A DNA stretch of 64,000 nucleotides, taken from assembly GCF_023055435.1 (NCBI RefSeq), contig NW_025964361.1:31744001-31808000 (forward strand), written 5' to 3'. The DNA is from Haliotis rufescens. Taxonomy: Eukaryota. The notes below the pieces were generated by a model. It did no database searches, had not been told where the DNA came from, and was given only the letters and a program-made list of their open reading frames with translations. The translations under genes and the position numbers were made by a program. Below, one piece after another: positions 1-14,290 of this stretch (within the stretch, counting starts at the first letter, position 1; each line of letters opens with the position of its first letter).

Positions 1-3000
1 CCGACCGGCACCGATGTGACGTCTGTTTGTACAACTACGCCTTATTCTCTTGAACCTCAATAATTATAATGTGTCGACGTGGGGAGGGGGGGGGGTGTCT
101 ACTAGCTGACATTGATTGACTGAGGTTGACATCATGAGCATTGACCCACACAATCGGGATACAATGACACACAATCAAGTCAGCGAGCCTGACCATCCAT
201 CCGTTTAGTCGAATCTTACGACCGGCATAGGTTGCTGGGGACGATATTCTTACCGTAATATCGAAGGGTCTTGTCAATAAGACGTCATACACTATGGGAG
301 CCCACATCGGAGGCTTCAGAAGGTGCCCGGAAGTCCACATGCTGATATGTTGCCTTTAGAATAGGAGAAATTTGAAAAATATAAATTTCGCAATATGTCT
401 TATCAAAAGAAACATGCAACGATCCGTATTCTAGGTATATTGAGAATCGATGTATTTAATCTACGTTATTGCGAACACTGCTGCTACATTAGGAGAGAAA
501 CATTCTGTGTTTTCAAAGGAGAGTTAGGTTACCTGCAGTTTTAACCGAGCTAAATTGAATTTGGAGCCGAACGCTCAGCGTGAGGTTTCAAATTTAAATT
601 TTAGCGTGGTTACAGATAACCTAGGTCTACACAGTATGTTCATCACCATTCTACCACGACTAAATATAACGCGAACTCTTTGGTGTTAGCAAATATATTG
701 AGTGGAGCAGCACGGGTTGAGACCAGTGTTTAGAGTTGGTCGTCGATCTGAAACACGGAATCACCAACAACAGCGTTTAAAAAAATAATGTGCCCTATAT
801 GCTCAAACAGTTTGTTTACTCCGTTATACTGCACTCAAATACATATGAGAGGCATTGAAAGCATATAAGCACGACAACTTCGTAGGCTAAAATGGCTCTA
901 AAGAAAACTAAGCAAGCCTTGCAAAGCTTTCGTTCTACACATCACGTCACCATTACGCTCATCTTGACGCAAAGGATATGACATCACAGTCGTATATAAA
1001 AAAAAAACCGCCAAATTCCAAGTTCTTTGTCCTCCCTAAAATATATTTTCTTTGCAGATTTCTATTGTGTTTTCTGCACGAAATGTATGAAAACACATAC
1101 TTTGAATATTGTAGTAACCGCAACTTTGCATTTTGTAACCTACAATTGTAGATATAATTATTTATATATGCCTACCGACAATGACTGAAAAAAGTACTAT
1201 TCTATGACTATTAGCTTCCTCGGTGATGCGGCCGTCAAATCGGCTGTTTCAATCAGAGGGGTTTATAATGATTTGATAACCTCTGATTGACCAATCAGAA
1301 TCGAGTAATTTCCAAATTCATGGTAGAGTATTAACTCACCCACTCACTCATTGTTCTGTTGTTAGTTTGCGTGGTGTGATCGCTGATATTTTTGTGATCC
1401 CTTCATATAATTTTCACAGCTATTTTGCCTTTTAGGCCAACTTGAATCTCTTTCGGTGGATAACTGCGACTGGGTATTCCCTAGCGTTAACGTTCATATA
1501 TTATATTTGCTGTTGTACAATACAACGCCTGTGTGAGGCTCCTTGTCAGAGTATGTCTTGATCGTCAGAGAAGACTCCAACAGGGATCCGATGGTCCGGA
1601 CTTGGGTGTGTGTGTGTGTCATCGCTCCCACATTGTCTGTTCGTGGGACTCGATTGTAAGCTGTGGTGAAATAGCCGGAATATTAATGACTGCGGCTTTA
1701 AACAACTTTCACTCACCCAACAGTTGAGTCTACTCATTTCCAAGATTGTACCAAATGAACCTACCGCCGATCACTTCCACGACGAATGTGTTCAATCTAC
1801 AAATTTCTCGTTTTGGAATAGCAATGACGCTTAAAGTTTTAATGAATAAATGAATTTCAATGAACCGTTCACGCCTTCTTTGTTGGTGTACTAGACTGGT
1901 ACAGGTCAGTTGACCAGATAATTCATCAACGTACCGACTGTCCTTTACCAACTGGTCAACAAGTTCATTGCAGAAAATTTACAGTCCGTGTGACTGAGCT
2001 CGAACGCCTGATCGCATTTCGTGTCCAGTTTCCATTTCAATTTCTCAATAGTTCCTATGCAATAAAGCGTTACAAGTGTCCATATTGTTTCTATACGATG
2101 TTATTATTATCCATTCCATTTTTATACAGCACATTTTTATTGTGTATTTGCACATGACATCACAATATGTTCTTTTATGCCCCCAATCAGGTTATAGTAT
2201 GGCTATCGTGACGATAACCAGATCACATGAATTACTTTCTTTCAAAATATCAACATTTGTACTCTTTGAATTTTTAGGGACACAATATTTAGATTACACT
2301 TTCTATAAATGTCCCGTTGAGTGCTATATTATGGCCTGTTTATAACTATATACTTGGGGTAAAAAATATCTGCCAGTCTCGTAAAAATAGTAACAAATGA
2401 ACTGTCAGGATTCTTGAAATAAACTGACAATGCTTTCGAGATATTAGATTACTCTGTCAGAAGAACTTGTGATTTATTTTTTTAAACATACTAGAATGTT
2501 TTGTTCATGAAATAAATCTGAATTTCAATTTAAACCGAAAAGAACAAGAAGAAGTGTTTTTTAACCGTGGCTTAGTTTTATGATACAAATACAGAAAATA
2601 TCATCATTATCATCATCATCATCTTCATCATCATCATCATTTGAAGGAAATGCAGCTGAACGTGACAGAAAGCGATGACTACTGTGTTATTTCTCTAGTT
2701 ATAAAAACACTAAAGAAGGTTTGACAAAACTACTATAATAATAATAAACACAAGATGTGTTTTGAAATATTCCTCTTCATGTTATAAACTGGAAACCTAC
2801 TGCAACATTTAGGGAATGCATATCTCGAGCAATTGAGCTTTACTTTACAGAGAGTTCCATGCTGATTCCAACGTTTGTTAAGGGTGTTCTAATTGAGAAA
2901 ACCATATCAAAGCGTGTCTTGTCTGACCATAAGAAAATATGTGACGTTATTCCCCTGAAATCTGCTGCGGTTTTAAGGCAGTTGTGATATATCACTTGTT

Positions 3001-3659
3001 CTTCCGACACAACAAAATTTACCAGTGTTCGGTTCTGCCACTAAATGCAATTAACTCGCTCCACAAAACGGTAAATTTCAAAACATTTCATGTTCTCACT
3101 CTACCATTTCTTTTTTAATCTAAATACATTGCTGATGGTATTTATCTTGAAAGCGATTTTCATTTTATTGCTCAGCGTGGTTTGAGCGTATTGACAGCTT
3201 GATAATACTTCAAATACAAAGTTATCACTCTGCAAATCAAATGGAATTTTTCCCATGTGAAAACGTAAACTTCATTACATGAACTCTTTTATTCACCGAT
3301 ACCTGTTCAACTGCAGATAGATGATGTAATCTCACAGAGCAAAATTATCGCCCTGCATGGTGTGAATTGTAACGGAGACGCTATGTTGACACTCCTATTA
3401 AGCAATAAAAATTGGTGAAAAATATGCCTCTCACATGAAAGGGTTCTGCGTCATTTGAAAAGAAACCCTTTCCGCGTTCACTTAGTGGCAGCAACGCCAA
3501 CTGAAGGTGTTTCAGTGTAAAAGAAACAGATACGAAAGATGTCTTTAGTAATGTGATTGTGTCATCCGTTCCTGGTACTTTCATATGTGATGCCATTTAC
3601 CCGCTGCTGATGTAGCCTAAACTAGATTCTGCAAGTAAAACCTAACAAAGAAAGCATTT

Positions 3660-4270
3660 CCATGCTATCACCCAGTACACTCTTGTGATGTGGGCGATAT
3701 ATGCACTGTGCCTTAAGAACCACTATTCCATGAACAAAATATTATCCTTTAATGGTATCCCTAGTCAAAAATTTACTAAGATATTACAATACATCTATCA
3801 AAGTCTACGAGTGCGTAGTAAATTACTTAGTAAATCCGATATGTCCAGAAATAATTAGTTGTTTTGAAACTTTCGCATCTAGATCAGGAGTATCTACATT
3901 TAATTTTTGTTTGTTTGTTTTAACTAGAAATGCATATACATTTAAATTGTCAAATTGTCTTGACATGATGAGTATATTACTGATAGATCCTTTTGTATTG
4001 AACGTCGCGCTATGGCTGAAAGCCTTTGCGACGTTAAACTTCATATTTCCATTCCATTCCTCTTGTATTCCTTTTGTATTTTATACTACTACTGCTGCCA
4101 CTGTGGTTATTACCACTGTTATTACAATACCTCTATTACATGTCTAGCATCATAGTAGTTATCCAATAATTATATAATGCCTTGTACAGCTGTAAATGAT
4201 ATTGTTTATCTGTATGTGTGTATGGGCCAATGGCCTTTCATACAAAAAGATTGATTGATTGAGTGAGTGA
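3660..4270 (+). mobile_element. Probable 3' end of an old LINE
   Basis: HLIFVC-like zinc-finger remnant near 3895, followed by a 3'-UTR-like end ggccaatggcc...aaaga(ttga)n. Confidence 0.3.
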
Positions 4271-4364
4271 GGTCTGACCATTGCATATTCCTGGGTGGAA
4301 GAAGGAGAGCTTACTGTACCCGAGAGAAAATTGTGCTATTCGTATGTATAAATGTATATTGTAA

Positions 4365-4800
4365 TATTATAAGTTGTAGCAGGATCACTCGAGGTCCATG
4401 AGGTTTTATGCGTCCCGCGTTAGGTTTTATAAACCCAAACGCGCGACCCATAAACCCCCATATACCCCGAGTGATCCTGTTACAACGGATTTAACTTACC
4501 GGCATGTTATAATATGACATTGTAAAATAATTCAAACAATTTCAAAGCTGATAGAAAACAGCTGTTCGATTGAGATGAGGTTAGCTTATGCTATGTCACG
4601 GACTTTGAAGCTTTGAAGCGGGGTATAAAGGATATATTCTCTCAGAAATCCACGTGAAGCCTGACATGCTCGTGTCGGGGTATAAGAGATTTATTCACCC
4701 GCTGAGAAATGTATACCCCTCTAAGCGTACACAGTATTTTATCAATGTCACGTGGACCAATCAGATCTCGTCATTCTGACATGATAATTCTTTTTATAAC
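4365..4800. mobile_element. Non-autonomous element beginning with a ~114-bp imperfect palindrome (4373-4486)
   Basis: gttgtagcaggatcactcg ... cgagtgatcctgttacaac. Confidence 0.5.
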
Positions 4801-7800
4801 TTTGAACACATTTTCTGTCGTTTTGGAAAGAGACTATTATGGTAGCATCGTGAATCAAACTGCACGTGTTTGGTTTTGCAGTAACACGGTGTCGTTGATC
4901 ATAGTACGGCAGTTCCTGCAAAAGTTCCTACTCATATGGTGGCACGGGTGGTCCAGTCACCACGTATCTGCTTATCGTTGGATGAATGACCGAGGTGAGC
5001 CCGGGTGTAGATGTTGTCACTGTTGAGGACTCAAGGCTGCAGCGCTGGCAGTTTTTGCAGTTTCTGCAGTTTCTCTAAGTGATGGTTGGGGTAAGGGTGG
5101 CCGAAATTTGCTGTTCAATTGCGTCACTTATGTGAGGACGAATCCCAGGTTCCTATCAGGACCTCACGGATCATCCTCCCAGCTCACTCCCCTATATCTG
5201 TCCACACTGCACGGTGCCGTTGTACAAGACAACCTTAGCGCTACGACTGTCGTAAGTCTATGTTAAGGCATGGGAGTTACAATCACCCTAGCTTTAAAAT
5301 CGCTTTGTACAACGGCATCCAGGACTCTCCTAGATATGTTCACAACAGCACGGCCTCCTGGTTGGCCTGTGTTCCTTTAGGATAATTCACCCACAGTATA
5401 CCCAATCCGTGTGTTGTGTTGTGGTGCATTGTGTTATTGAGACAAGACTGTGGACTTACACGTCAATCGTGTCTAAGCTTACTTCAACAAACAGGTGACA
5501 CGTGTCTTCCCTTCCAAACCGAGATCCTGTGTAAATATACCGTCATAATTGTCCTAAAAGGTAAACAACGCAACTCTTAACTCAACAAAGTTAAGGAATC
5601 GAGAGGCACCACGTAGCCTTCCAAGAAACGTTTTCGTTCAATTCCAGCAGTGTTAGAAAGCAATTATGCCCTCAGCTTGTAAAGGAACTTACCAATCATC
5701 TTCTCATCACTATTACCCACAAGAGGCCGACAAGAACATACACACACCAAGCAGCGACCACAACCAAATTACACCCCATCGTTGCCGGAACCATCAAAGT
5801 CAGCCATGGAATATAGATATATTTCTTGCAATCAATATGCCAATGCAAAGGGTGTCTGTAATAACCAACTAAAAGTGTGATCATGCCTGGACTAATACGA
5901 CATTAATACAGACCCCCTCCAATAATCACACTTCATTTAAGTCCCATTAATTCTCCGACCTGTCTTATTGAGAGAGCGCAACACGATTCCTAATTTCGTT
6001 GTTGCTTGGACTCTGGAGTCTAATCAGAAAGGAGAAATTATTGTACTCTAGTCGTGAAGTTGTTGAGTGCTTCATAATCCGGGTTTGTGTGTCCGTTTGG
6101 GAGTGGTGTTCCTGATGCTGAGAATTTGCGTTTCAGTTATTATATTGCAAAGGCCTTTGAGTTTTTGCTGCTTACTGCAGACTGATTTACGATAAACGAT
6201 GTTTGTTATGACGATGAGTGTTTTAGTCGTTGGTGTTTCTGCAACACGATACAATTGTTTATTCCAGAAATAAGCCATTGTAGTCTGATGTCACGTTTCC
6301 TTTTCCCGACACATATTTGTCTGGCAACTGAAGGGTTATTCGATAACAATGCTATAAGTTGCAAATTTAATTCAGAATGAAACGTCACAGAGAAAGATGG
6401 AGAGAGGCGGAGAATTGTAGCGTGTTGGGTTTTACGACGTTGTTAGCACTATTCCAAAGTGCCTTTGTGGGGAATCGAATCCGCACCTTCTACGTGACGA
6501 GCGAACGCTTTAACCTCTTGGCTACCACCGCGTCGCCAGAAACTGATAGGAACTGGAGTGAGTGAGTGAGTATGGTTTTACACCGCCTTCCAGCAATATC
6601 ACGGCGGGGGACACCAGATTGTACCCATGTGGGGAATCGAACCCGGGTCTTCGGTGAGACGAGCGAACGTTTTAACCACAAGACTACCCCACTGCCCCTA
6701 TAAGAATTGGATGTCGTTATATACATGATAGTAAATTGATGTTAAGCCATGTTGTGTAAAACACTGTCTTGCAATTTCTGAGTTTCAATTTATTTTATTT
6801 TTGTCTTAATAGAGGTAAAATAAAAAATGATGGCGTTCAAACATTTGGGGACGTCAATGAAACTGCTGAGATGCTTCAAGCGCCTGTGATGCCACCCTTG
6901 CCCATACATTGATTGGGTGGCGGTTGTTTAACTTGGATATTTGATTAGACAAGAACATGATAACTTGTACAGACAAACAATCAGTCGAGTTCTTTTTACA
7001 TCGTTTACTTTTTTTTTCTTGAGAAATTTGTTGGTAAACTTCTCAGACAGACAACTACGTGTTCGATACTAGAGATGTCAATCGGTTTGAGAGCGTGCTT
7101 GTGGATAGTGTTCGGTGTCGCAGGGGGACGTTATCGGCTCAGTGGTCGGAGTCAGCGTAACTTGTTCCTTATTACCAAGACCCATTGGTCGTGCGTTCGA
7201 GTCCCAGATTGATCCTTTCACCACCATGATGATTTGCAGGGGTGAATGAGTGGTACGAGCTGACACTGTTGTATTTTCACGGCATGAAATTGAAGATCCG
7301 GGGTAGAACAGGTCTTAAGCATCCCATGCTTGCCGTAAAAGACAACTATGCTTGTCGTAAGAGGCGACTAACCGGATCGGGTGGGCAGGCTCGCTGACTT
7401 GGTTGAAGCATGTCATCAACAAACAAACACTCACTCAATCAATCAATCAACCACTAACTCCCATACCCACTCACTCTGGACATGCCTTTCTAGCTAGGAT
7501 GCTGTATGTTTGCTCCAGGGTCTGTGATCTCCTCGTGTCTATGTGCATAAATTAACGTATTATTGTGGACAGTTGGCACTGCGCTCATCAGCGTCCTGGT
7601 ATGATATTAGTCCTGACTAATGAAAAAATCATTACAGCCTTCATTAACAGTGACCAGTCGCTAATAGCCACTTGACCTTCTCCACGGGGCGGTCAACCAA
7701 TCAGGACCATTTATAAATAACCTTGTAGCAGTATGCGGTTTAAATTATTTATCGTAATATATTCAAATTTAGCCATCTATAGAGTATCGGATTTACACTG

Positions 7801-7894
7801 TGTGCACGTGGGTTTTTGCGTTAACAGCTCCTTCAAAAACTTGTCCACAATAATAACTTCAAAACCTTGTGTGTGAATGTGTTTCGGTGCAGAG

Positions 7895-9745
7895 ATTATT
7901 CTGTGTGACTGCATACATGACAGTGAATTGTGTGTGACTGTGTGTCATGATCATGACAGTCAATTGTGTGTGACTGTGTGTCACGATAATGGCAGTGAAT
8001 TGTGTTTGACTGTGTGTCACGATCATGACAGTGAATTGTGTGTGACTGTGTGTCACGATAATGGCAGTGAATTGTGTTTGACTGTGTGTCACGATCATGA
8101 CAGTGAATTGTGCGTCACTGTGTTATGATCATGACAGTGAATTGTGTGTGACTGTGTGTCATGATCATGACAGTGAATTGTGTGTGACTGTGTGTCATGA
8201 TCATGGCAGTGAATTGTGTGTGACTGTGTGTCATGATCATGACAGTGAATTGTGTGTGACTGTGTGTCACGATCATGACAGTGAATTGTGTGTGACTGTG
8301 TGTCATGATCATGACAGTGAATTGTGTGTGACTGTGTGTCACGATAATGGCAGTGAATTGTGTTTGACTGTGTGTCATGATCATGACAGCGAATTGTGTT
8401 TGACTGTGTCATGATCATGACAGTGAATTGTGTGTGACTGTGTGTCATGATCATGACAGTGAATTGTGTGTGACTGTGTCATGATCATGACAGTGAATTG
8501 TGTGTGACTGTGTGTCATGATCATGACAGCGAATTGTGTGTGACTGTGTGTCACGATCATGACAGTGAATTGTGTGTGACTGTGCGACTTACGTTTCATG
8601 TCAGTGACAAAGTCAATTCTATTACTGGGTGTCATGGCTGAGTGAATTCCGTTACTGGGTGTCATGGCTGAGTGAATTCCGTTACTGTGTGTGATGTCTG
8701 ATTGAATTCCGTTACTGTGTGTCATGGCTGTGTGAACTCTGTAACTGGGTGTCATGGCTGAGTGAATTCTGTAACTGGGTGGCATGGCTGAGTGAATTCC
8801 GTTACTGGGTGTCATGGCTGAGTGAATTCCGTTACTGGGTGTCATGGCTGAGTAAATTCCGTTACTGTGTGTCATGGCTGAGTGAACTCTGTAACTGGGT
8901 GTCATGGCTGAGTGAATTCTGTAACTGGGTGTCATGGCTGAGTGGATTCTGTAACTGGGTGGCATGGCTGTGTGAATTCTGTGTGGCTGTTTCATGACAG
9001 GGTGTATTCTGTAACTGGGTGGCATGGCTGTGTGAATTCTGTGTGGCTGTGTGTCATGGCTGTGTGAATTCTGTAACTGGGTGGCATGGCTGTGTGAATT
9101 CTTTGTGGCTGTGTGTCATGGCTGTGTGAATTCTGTTACTGTTTGTCATGGCTCAGTGAATTCTGCTTCTTGGTGTCATGGCTGAGTAAATTCCGTTACT
9201 GTGTATCATGGCTGGGTGAATTCCGTTACTGGGTGTCATGGCTGAGTGAATTCTGTGTGGCTGTTTCATGACAGGGTGTATTCTGTGTGACTGTGTTACA
9301 GACAGAGTTATTCTGTGTGACTGTGTTACAGAAAGTGTATTCTGTGTGACTGTGTTACAGACAGTGTATTCTGTGTGACTGTGTTACAGTCAGGGTGTAT
9401 TCTGTGTGACTGTGTTACAGTCAGGGTGTATTCTGTGTGACTGTGTTACAGTCAGGGTGTATTCTGTGTGACTGTGTTACAGTCAGGGTGTATTCTGTGT
9501 GACTGTGTTACAGAAAGTGTATTCTGTGTGACTGTGTTACAGACAGTGTATTCTGTGTGACTGTGTTACTGTCAGGGTGTATTCTGTGTGACTGTTACAC
9601 GACAGGGTGTATTCTGTGTGACTTTGTTACATGACAGGGTGAATTCTGTGTGACTGTGTCACAGTCAGGGTTTATTCTGTGTGACTCTGTTACATGACAG
9701 GGTGTATTCTGTGTGACTGTGTTACATGACAGGGTTTATTCTGTG
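7895..9745. repeat. Compound minisatellite: 36-bp (7895-8585), 30-bp (8610-9280) and 29/31-bp (9270-9745) arrays
   Basis: Units catgacagtgaattgtgtgtgactgtgtgtcatgat, gtcatggctgagtgaattccgttactgggt and cagggtgtattctgtgtgactgtgttacagt. Confidence 0.95.
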
Positions 9746-12700
9746 TCGTGGCTCACCGTATTCTGTGTTTCATGTCAATTAAGCTCTCGCTGGGGTTTTT
9801 TTACATACATATTTCTCTTTCAGGCCAGACCCTGCTCAGTTCCATCTCGCAAGACTGAAGACATGACTTTCAGCTATCAATATGATGACAATAATTATTT
9901 TCAGTAAAGGTCACGACGGTTTCCAGATTACATTTTGATTTCAATATAGTTGTTACTAAATCGTTATCAACGATGGACATCCTGACACCGAAGCAAGATA
10001 TTGACACATAACGTCGCTCCATGTTTTCTTTATATTCAGGAGATTGTTCCCAAACACCACCAGACCATTAAAGGGAACTGCCCATTGCTGACCTAAGTAG
10101 TTGTGAAACGTTTTTCGTGTCAGTAGCATAATAAAACCATCAATGGGTTGCTCGGCCAACATATTTTACAATATCCGTGTCAAAACGTCTCATCATATCA
10201 ATGAAAACCTCATTTGTTTTCCTGAAAATGCACTCTATGTTCCTTCTGGTAGATTTATTGTCATTTTCAAATTTTGCTAAAAGCAAGGCTCATTCTCGCG
10301 TCGTGTAAGGGTCTTCCCTTCCCGCCATATTTGTTCTAGAATTACTCTCTCAAACACTGCCATCTAGCGATGCCGGCCGAAACGAGGCATTGGGCGATAT
10401 GAACAGTAGAACTGTCTCAACAGTAGGGGGATTTATATGTCGGAGGATCACCAGCTTCTACCAGATGGAGGGGTAAGGAGGATTTCATGCTAAGTGGTCA
10501 TTGATCCGACAATATATAATCATTTAAACCCAGTAAAGCTATCAGCATTTTGACGTCACGTTGAAATATAAAGTCTTATAAACTAAAAAATAAGCAGACA
10601 TTTTAGTCTATTTTCTAAAGTAATCATAAAGATTTTTTTTAAATTTTAGAAATTTCTTCACTTTCGGCATAAAAGTTTAATTGCAGTTGAAACACGTGCC
10701 AAACCCAAATAAGCGGTTTCCTAATCGATGAAGTTGTCATTTATCGACGCAAGGGCGTGTCTTTTAGTCTCATCAGTACGTGATGGCTTAATACTGAAGG
10801 ACAACCAAGTGTTGTCCATCTTCGACGTTTACCACTTGGCGAAGCCCGCCACCTGGGTAGGGTGCTTCCAAACAAATTAGGAGAATCTCGGATTCGAACC
10901 CACTGATATCGGATCCAATAAAAGCGACAAACCCCTTTTCATAAACATGAGAAACAATTGATTAAAGCAGAGTCCATTGTACGATTCCAACCACTCGTCA
11001 CAAACACAGGCAAAGGCATGTCACATGTTCAACCGAACAACCACAGGGACATAAAAACAAGTCAAAATAAAGCCTTCATTCGAACATCATTTTTGTCACA
11101 TGCGACTCAACTTTGCACAGCGACTTAAGGTGCCTTTCGAGCATCGGGTAACCCTATTACCAGCAGATAGAAACAAATCAGTACCCTAGCCATTATTGAG
11201 ACACGGGCCGGTTAAAGTCAGTTATTGGGTCTCATTTGGTCATTGTATATCGTGACCGCCTCCATGGTCTAGAGTTAGAGCGTCAGCTCAGAGAGCGGAA
11301 GGTCAGGGGTTCGATCCCCGGCCACATGATACCATGCGCGACATGCGCTCGACATTAAGGGGCTAAAACAAGGACTGGTCTGCTCTGCGTCGGTATACTG
11401 TGTCTGAGTGGGGTATTCATGTTAAACTACGGCATGGTATTTGAGTGGGCTCTCACTATATAGTCCCGACTAGTACGGGCACACACAGAAATGAAATCCC
11501 CACAAACTACTGTGAGTGTGCCTGGGTGGGGTATCCATGTTAAACTGCGGCATGGTATCTTTGTGGACTAGCACAATATAGCCGGCATTAGTCCGGACCA
11601 GTACAAGCACGCACACACACACCCGCACGCACGCACACACGCACACAAATGTATGCATGCACACACACACGTGCACGCACTTTGCTATACAAGTCCAATA
11701 ATCTTGAACGCTACTGTAAACCCCATTTCACCTTCACTTTTGAACATCGTACTGTTTTCAATCACTCTGCCATCGGGCCCAACTGACCCCTATCTCGAAA
11801 AGAGTCTTTAACAAATCAAGACGGATTATCATACAACTGAACACTAAATCGTTTTCAGCGTCCACTAAAGGTAGTACACGTTATCTGCACCTAATCGCCC
11901 CGCAACTGGCCGTCCAAGGTACAGTAACCAGCTCCATTACCTAACCCAGTCAATCTGAGCCGTATTTGCTGAAGACTCATCTAGCAGACCGTCAGTCACA
12001 GCGATAATTGTCCAGCACCAGTGATAGGCATGTCAGAAGAGAGTGGATTAATCCATCTGTACTGTCTCTATCTGACACAAGGTGATCAGCCAAGGGTATT
12101 GTTTTACCCCCGGTCGATTGTAGTGAGTTACGGGCCCTATATGATTACGTTGATAATGTGAATATGTCTGCATGGTTTCGACCAATGCAGGCTTATTAAG
12201 CTGTGTATTTTTAGAGGGATGTGGTGGTTGTTCCATCAGAACACCTTTAAGAACGTTAACGTTATGTCATTCATGTTCACGTTAATATTGGCCTGTTTAT
12301 TTGTCTCGGGAGCATATTTCAGCATTTTCACTTATAGGTAGTTCGTTGAGAATTGTCGGTTATAATCTCTTAATCGCCCTGCGTATGGTCACTTGTGGTA
12401 CTTTGGACATTTGTACTAAGAGATTAGATGTTTCTGAAACTGTGGGGATTATTTACTGTAGGTTACAGTTCGCCTCCAGCATCCTATTATCATCTTTTCG
12501 GGGCAAGGGAGTTAACTGACTATTGAAGTTTCCACCTTTGCCGAACAGGGCTGGAATTCCTGGGCTCGATCGTAGTGCCACCTGTGGCTATTACGAGTTA
12601 TGTCGGTTCTATGCCTCTCCTATTGACCAATCAGATTCCAACAAACAAACAAAATGGCGGCGCCCAGTCAAGATGATCTGATCGATAATCAAGATATACT

Positions 12701-13534
12701 CTTCAAAAAAAAGAAACGCACATGTAGATTTTCAGTGAATTTATTGTACCTAATAAAGTCGATATATTTAATTTAATACCGATGGAATGTCAACGTCTCC
12801 GATCGTTGTTCATAATACCATTCACTGGATTGTCTTGTCCAGACTCGATTAATACAGGTCACCGTCGCAAAGTTGGAATTTTGTTGAGTGCGGAGTCAAA
12901 CAACAAACAGACATACCGTCAAGCGGAAAAACAAAAATGAATAACAATGTACCGTATTGGCCATTAATGGAGAACTGAGCTTGGTAAGTCTTCAAGAGCT
13001 GGAATGGCCATGTGTAGTGTTTTCCATTAAGGAAGGTTATTGACCCACAGGATTGGCCACGAGAGGTGGCGCTTCAACCCAAGACAGATCTGATGTCAAC
13101 AGTTTGTTTGTTTTTGTGAACCCTCGCGACCATCCTCACAGAAGCCCTCGTCAATAAAGATGAAAAGACGTTGAAAGACGTTGTTTACATTAGTTAAGTG
13201 ATTTGAAGACTAAACTGAAGTTACAATGTTGATCCGTACACATCGCATCACACAACAGACAGTACTGAACATATCTCCTGATACTGACTGTATCATTTAT
13301 AGATTGAGTGATATACACTGCCGACAAAACATGTGGGAACTAATGATATGAATGTAGCTGTCGTTGCGGTGTACATTCACCGTACCGTGGCGTAGCATCT
13401 GAACGCAACATCTAATCACAATGAAATTTCACATCAGGCATGAACAACACGTAATGACAAGCAAACATAGGCCACTTACAATCACCAAAGCGATTGAGCA
13501 AAGCAAACACTTAAAAATGTTTACCATAAGTAAT

Positions 13535-13830
13535 GACCGCCTCTGTGGTCTAGTGGTAGAGCGTCCGCCCGGAGAGCGGAAAGTCCGGGGTTTGATCCCC
13601 GACCGCGTCATACAATGAGACGTTAAAGATGATGCTTGTTGTTACCCTGTCTGGCGCTCGGCATGAAGAGGCTAAAACAAGGACTGGTTGTCTCGGAGTC
13701 AGTATACTGTATCTGAGTGGGGTATTCATGTTAAACTGCAGCATGGTATCTCAGTGGACCAGCACAATAAAATCGGCATTAGTCCGGACTAGTACACACA
13801 CACGCACACACGCACACACGCACACACGCA

Positions 13831-13885
<55 letters not shown>

Positions 13886-13952
13886 GCATGCACCTCGCTT
13901 TATAAGTGCAATAATCTTGAACATGACAATAAACCTCATTACACCTCACCTC
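13535..13952 (+). mobile_element. SINE family C. Others at 11254-11740 (internal duplication), 34689-35005, 37870-38150
   Basis: GACCGCCTC(C/T)GTGGTCTAGTGGTAGAGCG head with the same core and tail. Confidence 0.88.
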
Positions 13953-14117
13953 AAGGGGCGGTTGAAGGACTTCTGTGACCAGGTCGAGTACAACAGAACT
14001 GCCACAAGATCTGCCGTTCCGTCCATTATTCCGGTGCCAACAGCGATCTGCGTCATTGTGTTTCCCGAAAACGTGATGTCATCACTGTAACCATGCAACT
14101 GTTCTTCTCTTGGGAAA

Positions 14118-14290
14118 GGGGGCGGTCGGGTAGCCTAGGGGTAAAAGCGTTCGCTCATCACGCCGAAAACCCGGGTTCGATTCCAGACATGGGTACAATG
14201 TGTGAAGCCCATTTCTGGTTTCCCCCGCCGTGATATTTCTGGAATATTGCTAAAAGCGGCGTAAAACCTTACTCACTCACTCACTCACCT
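14118..14290 (+). mobile_element. SINE family A (tRNA-derived head, ~170 bp, (ACTC)n tail)
   Basis: A box TAGCCTAG(T)GG and B box GGTTCGATTCC; anticodon arm resembles tRNA-Asp (ctcGTCac in the other copies). Confidence 0.88.

Noticed and set aside
7859-9025. Long repetitive ORFs (HDHDSELCVTVC, IHSAMTPSNG) as biomineral or metal-binding proteins
   Set aside because: Open on both strands and in several frames because unit lengths are multiples of three; frame-breaking units occur; no signal peptide or splice context.
10760-10830. Hammerhead ribozyme (CTGATGA on the minus strand; ggacaac/gttgtcc hairpin)
   Set aside because: No GAAA follows the stem II candidate in either orientation.
14118-14192. 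Functional tRNA genes in SINE heads (also 7123-7220, 13535-13607, 52388-52492)
   Set aside because: Acceptor stems are imperfect and each head continues into a SINE body, in most cases with a tail and TSD.
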